From positions 192,001-256,000 of the forward strand of contig CAVVEU010000033.1 in the NCBI GenBank assembly GCA_963747235.1: a stretch of DNA of 64,000 nt, read 5' to 3'. The DNA comes from an uncultured Candidatus Rokubacteria bacterium. GTDB taxonomy: Bacteria; Methylomirabilota; Methylomirabilia; Rokubacteriales; CSP1-6. Positions 22,604 through 33,040 of the stretch are shown here, one piece after another. Position 1 is the stretch's first letter; each line of letters opens with the position of its first letter. A program made the translations under genes and the position numbers. A model generated the notes under the pieces. It worked only from the letters and a program-made list of their open reading frames with translations. It made no database searches and was not told the origin of the DNA.

Positions 22604-23386
22604 ATGGGACAGCTCGAAGGCAAGGTGGCGCTCATCACCGGCGCCAGCAAGGGCATCGGTCGCGTGATGAGCCGCCTGTTCGCCAGGGAAGGCGCCGCGG
22701 TGGTCTGCGCGGCCCGCAGCCGCGACCTGGTGGAGGAAACCGCCGCCCTGATCAAGGGCGACGGCGGGCGCGCGGTGGCGGTGACGGGCGACGCGGCCAC
22801 GGAAGCCGACGTGCAGAAGATGGTCGCGGCGGGCGTCAAGGCGTTCGGCAAGCTCGACGTCCTGGTGAACAACGCGGGCGACGGCGGGCCGACCAAGCGC
22901 GTGCAGGAGTACACGACCGACGACTGGTTCTACACGATCAACTCCTGCCTCACCAGCTCGTACATGTGCACGCGCTTCGCGGTGCCGGAGATGATCAAGG
23001 CCGGCGGCGGGGTGATCGTCAACGTGTCGTCCACCGCGGGCCGGCGCGGGCTGCCGTACCGCATCGGCTACTGCTCGGCCAAGGCCGGGCAGGTCGGCAT
23101 GACCTACGGCCTGGCCCTCGAGCTGTCCCCGCTCAACATCCGGGTCAACGCGATCGCTCCCGGCGCCGTCGAGGGCGACCGCATCGACCGCGTCATCGCC
23201 GGGCAGGCCGAGGTGCGCGGGGTGGCGGTCGAGGACATGCGCCGGAGCTTCGTCGAGCGCTCGCCCCTCAAGCGCATGACCACCGCGGAGGACATCGCCA
23301 CCCTCGCGGTCTACCTCTGCAGCGACGCGGCCAAGAACCTCTCCGGCCAGTGCATCGCGGTCACCGCGGGCGAGCCCGCGGTCTGA
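22604..23386 (+). CDS. SDR family oxidoreductase
   Basis: TGASKGIG, VNNAG and YCSAK motifs. Confidence 0.9.
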   Translation: MGQLEGKVALITGASKGIGRVMSRLFAREGAAVVCAARSRDLVEETAALIKGDGGRAVAVTGDAATEADVQKMVAAGVKAFGKLDVLVNNAGDGGPTKRVQEYTTDDWFYTINSCLTSSYMCTRFAVPEMIKAGGGVIVNVSSTAGRRGLPYRIGYCSAKAGQVGMTYGLALELSPLNIRVNAIAPGAVEGDRIDRVIAGQAEVRGVAVEDMRRSFVERSPLKRMTTAEDIATLAVYLCSDAAKNLSGQCIAVTAGEPAV

Positions 23387-23405
23387 GGCGACGGGCGCCG
23401 CGTCG

Positions 23406-23435
23406 TTGACACCCTCCCCGCCGCCCGCGTAGAGT
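23406..23435 (+). promoter_or_regulatory. Putative sigma70 promoter
   Basis: TTGACA-N18-TAGAGT upstream of an AGGAG RBS and ATG at 23478. Confidence 0.45.
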
Positions 23436-23477
23436 CTCAACGGTCTCGTGATCACCCCGTCGCGAGAGAGGAGCCTC

Positions 23478-23895
23478 ATGGACGTCGATCGCCCGCTGCC
23501 CACGCCGATCACCCCGGAAGCCAAGCCGTTCTGGGACGGCTGCAATGCCCAGAAGCTCATGCTCCCGCGCTGCGAGGACTGCGCGCACGTGTTCTTCTAC
23601 CCGCGCATCCTGTGCCCGCGCTGCCACTCGCGCCGCGTCGGCTGGATGCAGGCGAGCGGGCGCGGGAAGCTCCACTCGTTCGAGATCGCCTACCAGGCCT
23701 TCCAGAAGGCGTGGAAGATCAAGCCGCCCTACGTCCTCGCCATGATCGAGCTGGAAGAAGGACCCCGCATGATGTCGAACCTGATCAACGTGGAGGCGTC
23801 GCCCGAAGGCGATCAAGTGCGACATGCCGGTGGAGGTCGTCTTCACCAAGGTGAGCGACGACGTGACCCTGCCGCTGTTCCAGCCGAGGCGGTGA
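23478..23895 (+). CDS. Zn-ribbon/OB-fold (DUF35, ChsH2-like) thiolase partner (frameshift near 23805)
   Basis: PFWDG, CEDC..YPR..CPRC, LEEGPRMM, then DMPVEVVF..LPLF in the next frame. Confidence 0.85.
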
Positions 23896-23900
23896 GCGCC

Positions 23901-25067
23901 ATGGCCACCGTCAGCGAGCGCCAGCGGGAATTGCGCAACGTCGCCTGCATCGTGGGCGTGGACGAGAGCGACCAGATCGGCACCCTGCCGAACACGAGCC
24001 AGCTCTCGCTACACCTGGAAGCGATCTCGAACGCGGTCCGCGACGCGGGCCTCAAGGTCAAGGACGTGGACGGCATCTTCACCGCGGGGCAGCACTCGCC
24101 CGCGACGCTGGGCGAGGCCCTCGGCGTCAAGCCGCGCTACGTGGACGGCACCACCGTCGGCGGCTGCTCCTTCATCATCATGGTCGGGCACGCGGTGGCC
24201 GCCCTGCAGCACGGCCTCTGCGACGTGGCCGTCGTCTCTCATGGAGAATCCGGCCGCTCCGGCACCGGCGTCACCCGCAGCCGCGACACCGCGCTCAGCG
24301 GGCAGTTCGAGTTCCCCTACGGCTTCGGCGGGGCCACCAGCTACTTCGGCATGATCACCACGCGCCACATGCACGAGCACGGCACCACGCTCGAGCAGTG
24401 GGCCCAGGTCGCGGTATCCACCCGGAAGTGGGCCGCGCTCAATCCCAAGGCGCGCTTCCACGACCCGATCACGGTGGCCGACGTGTTGAGCTCGCGCCCG
24501 GTCTCCTACCCGTTCAACCTGCTCAACATCTGCCTCGTCACCGACGCGGGCGGCGCGGTGGTGCTCACGCGCGCCGATCGGGCGAAGGACTGCGCCAAGC
24601 CGCCGATCTACGTGCGCGGCTTCGGCGAGGCCACCGAGCACGTGATGGTCACGCAGATGGACAGCCTCTCGATCAGCGCGGCCACGCGCCTGGCCGGCGA
24701 GCGCGCCTTCTCGATGGCCGGCGTGTCCGCCAAGGACTTCAACCACATCATGCTCTACGACGCCTTCACCTCGGGGCCGCCGATCATGCTGGAGTCGCTC
24801 GGCCTGGCCAAGCCCGGCGAGGGCGTGCAGTTCTTCTCGGAGGGGCGCTCCACCCCGGGCGGCAGCCTGCCCATCAACACGAACGGGGGCGGGCTCTCCT
24901 ACACCCACTCCGGCATGTACGGCATCTTCCCGATCATCGAGGCCACCCGCCAGCTCCGCGGCGAGTGCGGCCCGCGCCAGGTGCCCGGCGCGAGCTGCTC
25001 GCTCGTCAACGGCATGGGCGGCATGCTCTCCGCCGCCGGCACCCTGGTCCTCGCCAACCGGACCTGA
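23901..25067 (+). CDS. SCP2-type thiolase family protein
   Basis: GGCS, ICLVTDAGGA, LYDAFT, NTNGGGLS..H and EATRQLRG motifs. Confidence 0.9.
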   Translation: MATVSERQRELRNVACIVGVDESDQIGTLPNTSQLSLHLEAISNAVRDAGLKVKDVDGIFTAGQHSPATLGEALGVKPRYVDGTTVGGCSFIIMVGHAVAALQHGLCDVAVVSHGESGRSGTGVTRSRDTALSGQFEFPYGFGGATSYFGMITTRHMHEHGTTLEQWAQVAVSTRKWAALNPKARFHDPITVADVLSSRPVSYPFNLLNICLVTDAGGAVVLTRADRAKDCAKPPIYVRGFGEATEHVMVTQMDSLSISAATRLAGERAFSMAGVSAKDFNHIMLYDAFTSGPPIMLESLGLAKPGEGVQFFSEGRSTPGGSLPINTNGGGLSYTHSGMYGIFPIIEATRQLRGECGPRQVPGASCSLVNGMGGMLSAAGTLVLANRT

Positions 25068-25080
25068 CGCGGCCGGCCGA

Positions 25081-25431
25081 CTACTCGATCGGGACGAAGA
25101 TGCAGTGGCGGAGCTTGCCGTCCAGCGCCTTGGACAGGTGACCCTTGCCCCAGGTGTCCTCGACCAGGATCACCTCGCCGGCGCCGATCTTGCGCGACTG
25201 GCCGTCGCTCGCGGTGATCTGCACGCCCGCGTCGAGATTGATGATGTACTGCCGCCGCGGCGCCGGGTGCCAGTCGAGATCGTAGTCCGGCGCGACTTCC
25301 CGGAATATGATCCCAGTCGCGGGGAGCCGCGCGGACAGCTTCCCGGCCTTGCCCGTCTCGATATACGGGATCTCCATGTCCTCGAAGTGCGACTCGCCCT
25401 GCTTGTCCACGAAGAGATGATGGATTTTCAT
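25081..25431 (-). CDS. Cupin-like hypothetical protein
   Basis: GESHF, WHPAPRRQY and EDTWGKGH signatures. Confidence 0.7.
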   Translation of the reverse strand: MKIHHLFVDKQGESHFEDMEIPYIETGKAGKLSARLPATGIIFREVAPDYDLDWHPAPRRQYIINLDAGVQITASDGQSRKIGAGEVILVEDTWGKGHLSKALDGKLRHCIFVPIE

Positions 25432-25448
25432 GGCCCCGAAGGTAGCAC

Positions 25449-26348
25449 ATGAAGCCGGCTCCGTTCCGCTACGCGCGCGCGGGGAGCCTGGCCGAGGCGA
25501 TCGCGCTCCTCGCGGCGGCGCCCGGCGAGACCAAGCTCCTGGCCGGCGGGCAGAGCCTGGTGCCGATGCTGAACATGCGGCTCGTGCGGCCCGCGGTGCT
25601 GGTGGACGTCAACGGCCTGCGCGAGCTGACCGGCATCACGCCGACCGCCGACGGCGGGCTCCGCATCGGCGCGCTCACGCGCCACGCCGAGCTGGCGGCC
25701 TCGCCCGTCGGTGCGCGAGCGCGCGCCGCTCCTGGCCGCGGCCGCGCGCCACGTGGGCCACGCGGCGATCCGGAACCAGGGCACGCTCGGCGGCAGCCTC
25801 GCGCACGCCGATCCCGCCGCGGAGCTGCCCGCGGCGCTGCTGGCCCTCGACGCGCGCGTTCACGTCACGGGCCCGCGCGGCGCGCGGGAGGTCGCGGCGG
25901 ACGCGTTCTTCCGCGGCCTGCTCACCACCGCGCTCGAGCCGGACGAGATCCTGACCGCGATCGAGGTGCCCGCGCAGCCGCCGGGCTGGGGGTTCGTCGG
26001 AGATCGCGCGGCGGCCGGGGGACTTCGCGCTGGCCGGGGTGGCGGCCGTCGTGCGTGCGGGCGCGCCCCCTCACCCGGCCCTCTCCCCCTCTCGGGCGAG
26101 AGGGAGAGGTGCGACTGGTGGGCTTCGGCGTGGGGGATCGGCCGGTCCGGCTCACGCGGCGCGGAGCGCGTGCTGGCCGGCGGGCCGCTCGACGCGGCGA
26201 CCGCGGCGCGGGCCGGCGCGGCGGCGGGCCCCGACTGCGATCCGCCGAGCGACGTGCACGGCTCCGCGGAGTATCGCCGGCACCTGGCCACGGTGCTCAC
26301 CGAGCGCGCCCTGCTCCAGGTGGCCGCGCGCCTCGCGGGACCACCGCG

Positions 26349-26352
<4 letters not shown>
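25449..26352 (+). CDS. Xanthine dehydrogenase/CoxM-family FAD-binding subunit (frameshifted)
   Basis: AGGQSL, IRNQGTLGGSLAHADP, GDFA and DVHGSAEYRRHL motifs. Confidence 0.85.
26066..26108. repeat. CCCCTCACCC..CCCTCTCCC..GGGAGAGGG palindromic repeat copy inside the CDS
   Basis: Clearly similar to the intergenic copies at 36349 and 46286. Confidence 0.7.
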
Positions 26353-26842
<490 letters not shown>

Positions 26843-26846
<4 letters not shown>

Positions 26847-29251
26847 GCCACGAGCCGGCGCCGGGCGCGGGCTGGGTCGGGCGGCCGCTGCCGCTCAAGG
26901 AGGACGCGCGCCTGGTGGCCGGCCGCGGCCGCTTCGTGGACGATCTGGGCCGCCCGCGCATGCTCCACGCGGCCATGCTGCGCAGCCCGCACGCCCACGC
27001 GCGCATCGTCGCCATCGACACGCGCGAGGCGCGAGGCGCTCCCCGGCGTCTTCGCGGTCCTGACCGGCGCGGAGGCGGCCGCGCGCTCCGGGCCCGATCC
27101 GCCCGCTCATCCCCACCACCGCGGCGGTGCCCGACTACTGCCTGGCGGTGGACCGCGCGCGCTACGTGGGCGAGCCGGTGGCGGCGGTGGCCGCGGTGGA
27201 TCGCGCCACCGCCGAGGACGCGCTCGAGCGCATCCGGGTGGAGTACGAGCCGCTGACGGCGGTGGTGGATCCGGAGGCCGCCATCGCAGCCCGGCGCGCC
27301 GCTCCTCTACCCGGAGCTCGGCACCAACGTGGTCTGGCACGACACGCTCACCTACGGCGCCGTGGACGAGGCGATGGCGCGCGCGGACGGCGTGCTGCGC
27401 GAGCGGTTCACGATCCAGCGCTACGCCTCCACGCCGCTCGAGACCTTCGGCTGCATCGCGGAGTACGACGCGGGCACCGACGTCTTCGAGTTCTGGACCA
27501 ACGACCAGCGGCCGGGCCTGACGATCTCGGTCCTGGCCGCCTCGCTCGGCGTGCCGCAGGCGCGGGTGCGCCTCTCGTGCCCGGACATCGGCGGCGGCTT
27601 CGGCAACAAGCGCCGCCCGGCCTATCTGCTGATCTGCGCGCTGCTCGCGCGGAAGAGCCGGCCGGCCCGTGAAGTGGATCGAGGACCGGATCGAGAACCT
27701 CACCGCGCTCATGCACGCCTGCAACGGGATCATGGACGTGGAGCTGGCCTACCGGGCCGACGGCACCGTGCTGGCCCTCGCGCGTGCGCGACATCGCGGA
27801 CGAGGGCAAGAACCTCATCACCCCGACCCAGCACAACCTGATCAAGCTCGGCAACATCGCCAACGGCTACCGGATCCCCGCGGTGCGCTACGAGGCGTGG
27901 TCGGTGCTCACCAACAAGTGCCCGAGCGGGGCCAACCGCGGCATCGGCAAGCCGTTCATGTGCTTCGCCATCGAGCGCGCGATGGCCCTGCTGGCCCGGC
28001 GCCTCGGCCTGGACCCGGCCGAGCTGCGGCTGCGCAACTACGTCACCGCCGACGCAGATGCCCTACACCACGCCGCCCGGCGCCCAGTACGACAGCGGCG
28101 ACTACCCGGCGACTCTGCGCCGCGCGCTCGAGCGGTTCGGCTACACGGCGCTGGCGCGCCGAGCAGGCCGCGCGCGCGCGCAGCGAGGGCCGGCTGCTCG
28201 GCATCGGCATCGCCACCTCGGTCGAGCCCGCGGGCACCAATCTCGCCTCCTACGAGATCATCACCGGCCGGCGCGCGGCGTCGGGCTCGGCGGAGGCGGC
28301 GATGGTGCGCATGGAGCCCGACGGCCAGGTGCGCGTGTCGCTCGGCGACCCGCCGAGCGGCCAGGGCTACGAGACGGTGCTCGCCCAGATCGTGGCCGAC
28401 GAGCTCGGCCTCACCCCGGACGCCGATCACGGTCGCCCGCGGCTTCGACTCGACCACGACCCCGTGGCTCTATCTCTCCGGCAACTACTCGAACAAGTTC
28501 TCGGTCACCGACGTGGGCGCGGTGGTGGGCGCGGCCGCGCGCGTGCGGGCGAAGCTGCTGCGCATCGCCGCGCACCGGCTGGAGGCCGCGGTCGCGGATC
28601 TCGAGCTGGCGCGGCGGCGCGGTGGCCGTGCGCGGCGCGCCGGACCGGCGGCTCAGCTTCGCGGAGCTGGCGCGCACCGCCTACGCCGACGTGCTCGGCC
28701 TGCCGCCCGGCGAGGAGCCGGGGCTCGAGGCCCGCCACGCGCACCAGAATCCGCTCGCCCAGCCCGATCGACGCCGACAGCGCCGCGTGCGCTCGCAGCT
28801 CGTCTTCTCCAACGCCGCGCACTGCTGCCTCGTCGAGGTGGACCCGCGCACCGGGCTCGTGACAGATCCTCGACTACCTGGTGGTGCACGACTGCGGGCG
28901 CGAGCTGAATCCGCTGATCGTCGAGGGCATGGTGCACGGCTCGACCGCGCACGGCATCGGCGCCGCGCTGCTCGAGGAGTTCCGCTACGACGCGCAGGGC
29001 CAGCTCCTCACCTCGACCTTCATGGACTACCTGAAGCCCACCTCGGTGGACGTGCCCGCTCATCGACGTGGACCGGCTCGAGCACCCCTCGCCGGTGACG
29101 CCGCTCGGCGCCAAGGGCGTGGGCGAGGGCGGCGCGATCCCCGGCCCCGCCGCGGTCGCGAACGCGGTGGACGACGCGCTCGCGCACCTGGGCGTGGTGG
29201 TCCGTTCGCTGCCGATCACGCCCGGAGCAGGTCTGGCGCTGGCTCAAGTGA
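26843..29251 (+). CDS. Xanthine dehydrogenase/CoxL-family molybdopterin subunit (many frameshifts)
   Basis: RSPHAHA, GGGFGNK, GQGYET, HDCG..NP, STFMDY and GAKGVGE across frames. Confidence 0.85.
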
Positions 29252-30537
29252 GCGAGCCCGCTCCCTCCGCGCCCGCGCTGCCGGTGCGCTGGCGCCTGCT
29301 GACGATCCTCACCGTGTCCTATGGCGCGGGCGCCTTCGGCATGCTCGGCATCTCGCCGCTGTCGCCGAGCCTGGTGGAGGGGCTCGGGCTCACGCGCTTC
29401 CAGGTCGCGTTCCTCATCCCGTCCATCTATCTCTCCGGGCTCCTCTTCTCGCTGCCCGGCGGCCGCCTCGCCGATCGGCTCGGCGTGCGTCCGTCGTTCC
29501 TGGGCGGCCTCGCGGTGGCCGCGATCGGGCTGCTCGCCGCCGCGCTCGCGCCCGGCTTCCTCGCCTTCCTCGTCTGTCTCTTCGTGGCGGGCAGCGGCTG
29601 GAGCGTGGTGAACCCGGCGCTGGGCAAGGCGATCATGGACGTCTTCCCGGTGAGCGAGCGCGGCATCGCGATGGGCGTCAAGCAGATGGGGCTCACGCTG
29701 GGCGGCCTGGTCGCCGCGCTGGCCCTGCCCGCGATCGCGGCCACGCTCGGCTGGCGCTACGCGGTCGGCGCGTGCTCGGTGATCGTGGCGGTGCCGGTGG
29801 CGCTCGGCTGGCGGCCGCTCGCCGCGTTCAACGCGGGGGCGCGCGGCGCGGCGGCCACCGCGCGGCTCGGGCGACACGGCATCGAGCTGGTGGTGGGCGC
29901 GGCGGCCCGCGCTGGTCATCTTCTTCGCCACCGGCTTCGTGCTCGGCATGGTCCAGGGCGCGGTGCTGAGCTACCTGCCGCTCTTCACGATCCAGGGGCT
30001 CGGCTTCGACAAGATCGGCGCCGGCCTCCTCGTGGCCTCGTCGCAGGCGGGCGGCGCGGTCTCCCGCCTCGTCCTGGGCGCGGCCAGCGATCGCTGGGCC
30101 GCCGGCCGGCGCTCGCTCTGGCTGGCGTTCACGGGCGCCGTCGGCGCGGCCATCTTCTCCGTCTACGCGGTCTGGCCCGCCACCTCGGCCGGCCTGGCGG
30201 GGATGCTCGCCTTCGCCACCGGCGTCGGCGCCTACGGCTGGGTCGGCATCTTCTTCGTGATCAGCGTGGAGGCCGGCGGCCGGGACCAGGCCGGGCTGCT
30301 GAGCGGCGTGGCCTTCGCCGCCATCGTGCTCGGGCCTCCTCGATCGGCCCGCCCATCTTCGGCCTGCTGCTCGAGGGCTTCGACTCCTACGCGGTCGCCT
30401 GGGCCGTCTTCGCCGTCCTCTCCGGCCTCGTCGCCATCATCTCCCTCCTCGCCGGCCCCGCCATCGACCGCGAATCCGGGGTCAGGTCTTGCATTCCGAC
30501 ATCGCGCCGCGTCGAAATGTCGGAATGTAAGACCTGA
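29248..30537 (+). CDS. MFS transporter (frameshifted; stop lies in an inverted repeat as sequenced)
   Basis: GRLADRLG motif A, ERGIAMG, GAASDR and multiple TM helices. Confidence 0.85.
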   Translation: MSEPAPSAPALPVRWRLLTILTVSYGAGAFGMLGISPLSPSLVEGLGLTRFQVAFLIPSIYLSGLLFSLPGGRLADRLGVRPSFLGGLAVAAIGLLAAALAPGFLAFLVCLFVAGSGWSVVNPALGKAIMDVFPVSERGIAMGVKQMGLTLGGLVAALALPAIAATLGWRYAVGACSVIVAVPVALGWRPLAAFNAGARGAAATARLGRHGIELVVGAAARAGHLLRHRLRARHGPGRGAELPAALHDPGARLRQDRRRPPRGLVAGGRRGLPPRPGRGQRSLGRRPALALAGVHGRRRRGHLLRLRGLARHLGRPGGDARLRHRRRRLRLGRHLLRDQRGGRRPGPGRAAERRGLRRHRARASSIGPPIFGLLLEGFDSYAVAWAVFAVLSGLVAIISLLAGPAIDRESGVRSCIPTSRRVEMSECKT

Positions 30538-30570
30538 CCCGTGACGATGTCGTATTTCAAGACCGGACCC
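30479..30570. repeat. 24-bp-arm inverted repeat (REP/MITE-like) plus a degenerate third arm
   Basis: GGGTCAGGTCTTGCATTCCGACAT (30479-30502) / ATGTCGGAATGTAAGACCTGACCC (30517-30540); degenerate copy at 30547-30570. Confidence 0.8.
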
Positions 30571-30615
30571 GTGGGCTATCATGCGGGGCACGTCACGCGC
30601 GAGGGAGCGCTCCCC

Positions 30616-31445
30616 ATGGGCTACGAGCAGATCCTGTACGAGGTGAAGGACCGCGTCGCCACCGTCACCCTGAACCGGCCGGACAAGCTGAACGCGTGGA
30701 CCGCGGTGATGGGGCGCGAGGTGCGGCAGGCCATGGACGAGGCCGCGCGCGACGAGGCGGTGCGCGTGATCGTGCTGACCGGCGCCGGGCCGCGGCTTCT
30801 GCGCGGGCGCCGACATGCAGATGCTCTCGGGCATCGTGGGCGCGGGCCGGCAGGAGCCCGGCGAAGCCGCGGCGGCGCGCGAGCGCCGCGGGCGACCCGG
30901 CCATCCGCCCCGACTTCCGCGGCCCCTACGCCTACTTCCCGATGGTGCCCAAGCCGATCATCGCCGCGCTGAACGGGGCCACCGCCGGGCTCGGCCTGGT
31001 GGTCTCGCTCTACTGCGATCTGCGCATCGCGGCCGACACCGCGGTCTTCACCACCGCGTTCTCGCGCCGCGGGCTCATCGCCGAGCACGGGGTGAGCTGG
31101 ATGCTGCCCCGCCTGGTGGGCCTGCAGCACGGCCTCGACCTGCTGCTCTCCGCGCGCAAGATCACCGCGGCGGAGGCGCTCGCGATGGGCCTGGTCGCCC
31201 AGGTGAAGCCGGCCGCCACGCTCCAGGAGGACGTGCGCGCCTACGCGCGCGAGCTGGCCGACCTGGTCTCCCCGCGCTCGCTCCGGGTCATGAAGCGCCA
31301 GATCTGGGAGGCGCAGTTCCAGAGCCTCGCGGAGGCCACCGCGGTGGGCGACGAGGAGATGCGGAAGAGCTTCACCACGGAGGACTTCAAGGAGGGCGTG
31401 GCCCACTTCGTGGAGAAGCGCGCGCCCCGCTTCACCGGGCGCTAG
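30616..31445 (+). CDS. Enoyl-CoA hydratase/isomerase family protein (frameshifted)
   Basis: [26 protein letters not shown] and EDFKEGV motifs. Confidence 0.9.
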
Positions 31446-31448
31446 CCG

Positions 31449-31991
31449 ATGGCCCGCCTCGAGATCCTGCCGCCGGAGGCGATCGCCGATCCCGAGCTCC
31501 GCCGCATGGCGGAGGCCTCCGGCGACGAGATGTACGGCGTCTACGGCCACTGCCCCGAGCTCTTCGCGGCCTTCCTGCGCTTCTACCGGCCCACGAAGTA
31601 CGGCGGCCGGCTGCCCTTCGCGCTGAAGGAGCTGGTGCGGCTCCGGATCGCCGCGCTCAACGAATGCGCGCGCTGAGCGACCGCGCGCGAGCCCTCGGAG
31701 AGGGCGCCGGGACTGTACCTGGAGCTGCTGCCGAAGCTCAGCGGGGAGACGGAGCCGACCGAGCGCGAGCGGGCCGCGCTGGATTTCGCTCAGAAGCTCG
31801 CGGCGAATCACACCACGATCGACGATGCGTTCATGACCGGGATGCGCAGCCACTTCACCGACGCCGAGCTGGTGGAGCTGGGGCTGATCACCGGCGCCTT
31901 CATCATGCTCGGGCGGCTTCACCGGACCTTCGGCGTGGCGCCGATGGGTCCCCGCAGCCACGCGGTCCTCGAACGGGGGTACGACGCATGA
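31449..31991 (+). CDS. AhpD/carboxymuconolactone decarboxylase-like selenoprotein (CxxU; UGA at 31674-31676)
   Basis: KELVRLRIAALNECAR-TGA; the frame continues ERERAALDFA..HFTDAELVELG to a stop at 31991 that overlaps the next ATG. Confidence 0.85.
31691..31705 (+). promoter_or_regulatory. Putative bacterial SECIS element
   Basis: GCCCTC-GGA-GAGGGC hairpin; loop begins 21 nt after the in-frame UGA. Confidence 0.6.
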
Positions 31992-33040
31992 CGTCCATCC
32001 GGAGATCTCTCCTCGCGGCTCTCGCCGTCCTGCTCGCGCTCGGCCCTGGGAACGGCCGGCCCCGCCGTCGCCTTCGACGGCGAGAAGGCGCTCCACGAGG
32101 CGGCCAAGAAGGAGAAGGAGTTCACCTGGTACACCGCGCACTACAACTCGGAGACCGCGGCCGCCCTCTGCCAGGGCTTCGAGAAGAAGTACCCCGGCGT
32201 GAAGTGCAACTACATCCGCACCACCGCCCAGGTCGCCTACCAGCGGCTGGCCCAGGACCAGAAGGCGGGCATCGCCCAGGCCTCGGTGATCAGCTCCACC
32301 GACCAGAGCCACTACACCAAGATGAAGCAGGACGGGTGGCTCCAGCCCTACAAGCCCAAGAACCTGCCCGAGCTGGTGGACGCCTTCCGCTCCTTCAACG
32401 ATCCGGACGACCTCTTCATCGCCACCGCGGCCGGCCTGGTGCTGATCACCTACAACACCAGCGTGGTCTCGGCCTCGGAGGCGCCCGAAGAAGTGGACCG
32501 ACCTCGCCGATCCCAAGTGGAAGAACAAGGTCTCGATCGGCCATCCCGGCTTCAGCGGCTACGTGGGCACCTGGGTGGTCCAGATGAAGAAGCTCTACGG
32601 CTGGGACTACTTCAAGAAGCTCGAGCTGAACAAGCCGCGCATCGGCCGCTCGATCAACGACACCGTGACCATGCTGAACGCGAAGGAGTCCATCGTGGCC
32701 GCGGGGCCGTCGGCCACCACGCTCGAGAGCAAGGCCAAGGGCAACCCGCTCGCGGTCGTCTACCCGGAGGACGGCGCGATCCTGATGGTCTCCGCCTCCG
32801 GCATCCTCAAGAACGCGCCGGCGCCCAACGCGGGCAAGCTCTTCATGGAGTACCTGCTGAGCCGCGAGGGCAACGAGGTGATGGTGCAGCAGCACCAGGA
32901 CCCGGTGAACAAGCACGTGAAGCCGATGGCGGGAGGCAAGTCGATCGCGGAGGTCAAGACCATCCGGCCGACTCCCGATCGAGATCGAGAAGGGCATCCC
33001 CGAGGTCAAGGAGCTCTTCCGCGAGACCTTTGGCATCTGA
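31988..33040 (+). CDS. ABC transporter substrate-binding protein (Fe3+/polyamine-like; frameshifted)
   Basis: Signal peptide; AAKKEKE, WYT, FEKKYPG, YNT, DPKWK, VYPEDG and APAPNAGKLF motifs. Confidence 0.8.

Noticed and set aside
23448-25067. Apparent OB-fold/thiolase fusion
   Set aside because: An indel near 23805 explains it; the OB-fold C-terminus and stop (23895) lie in another frame.
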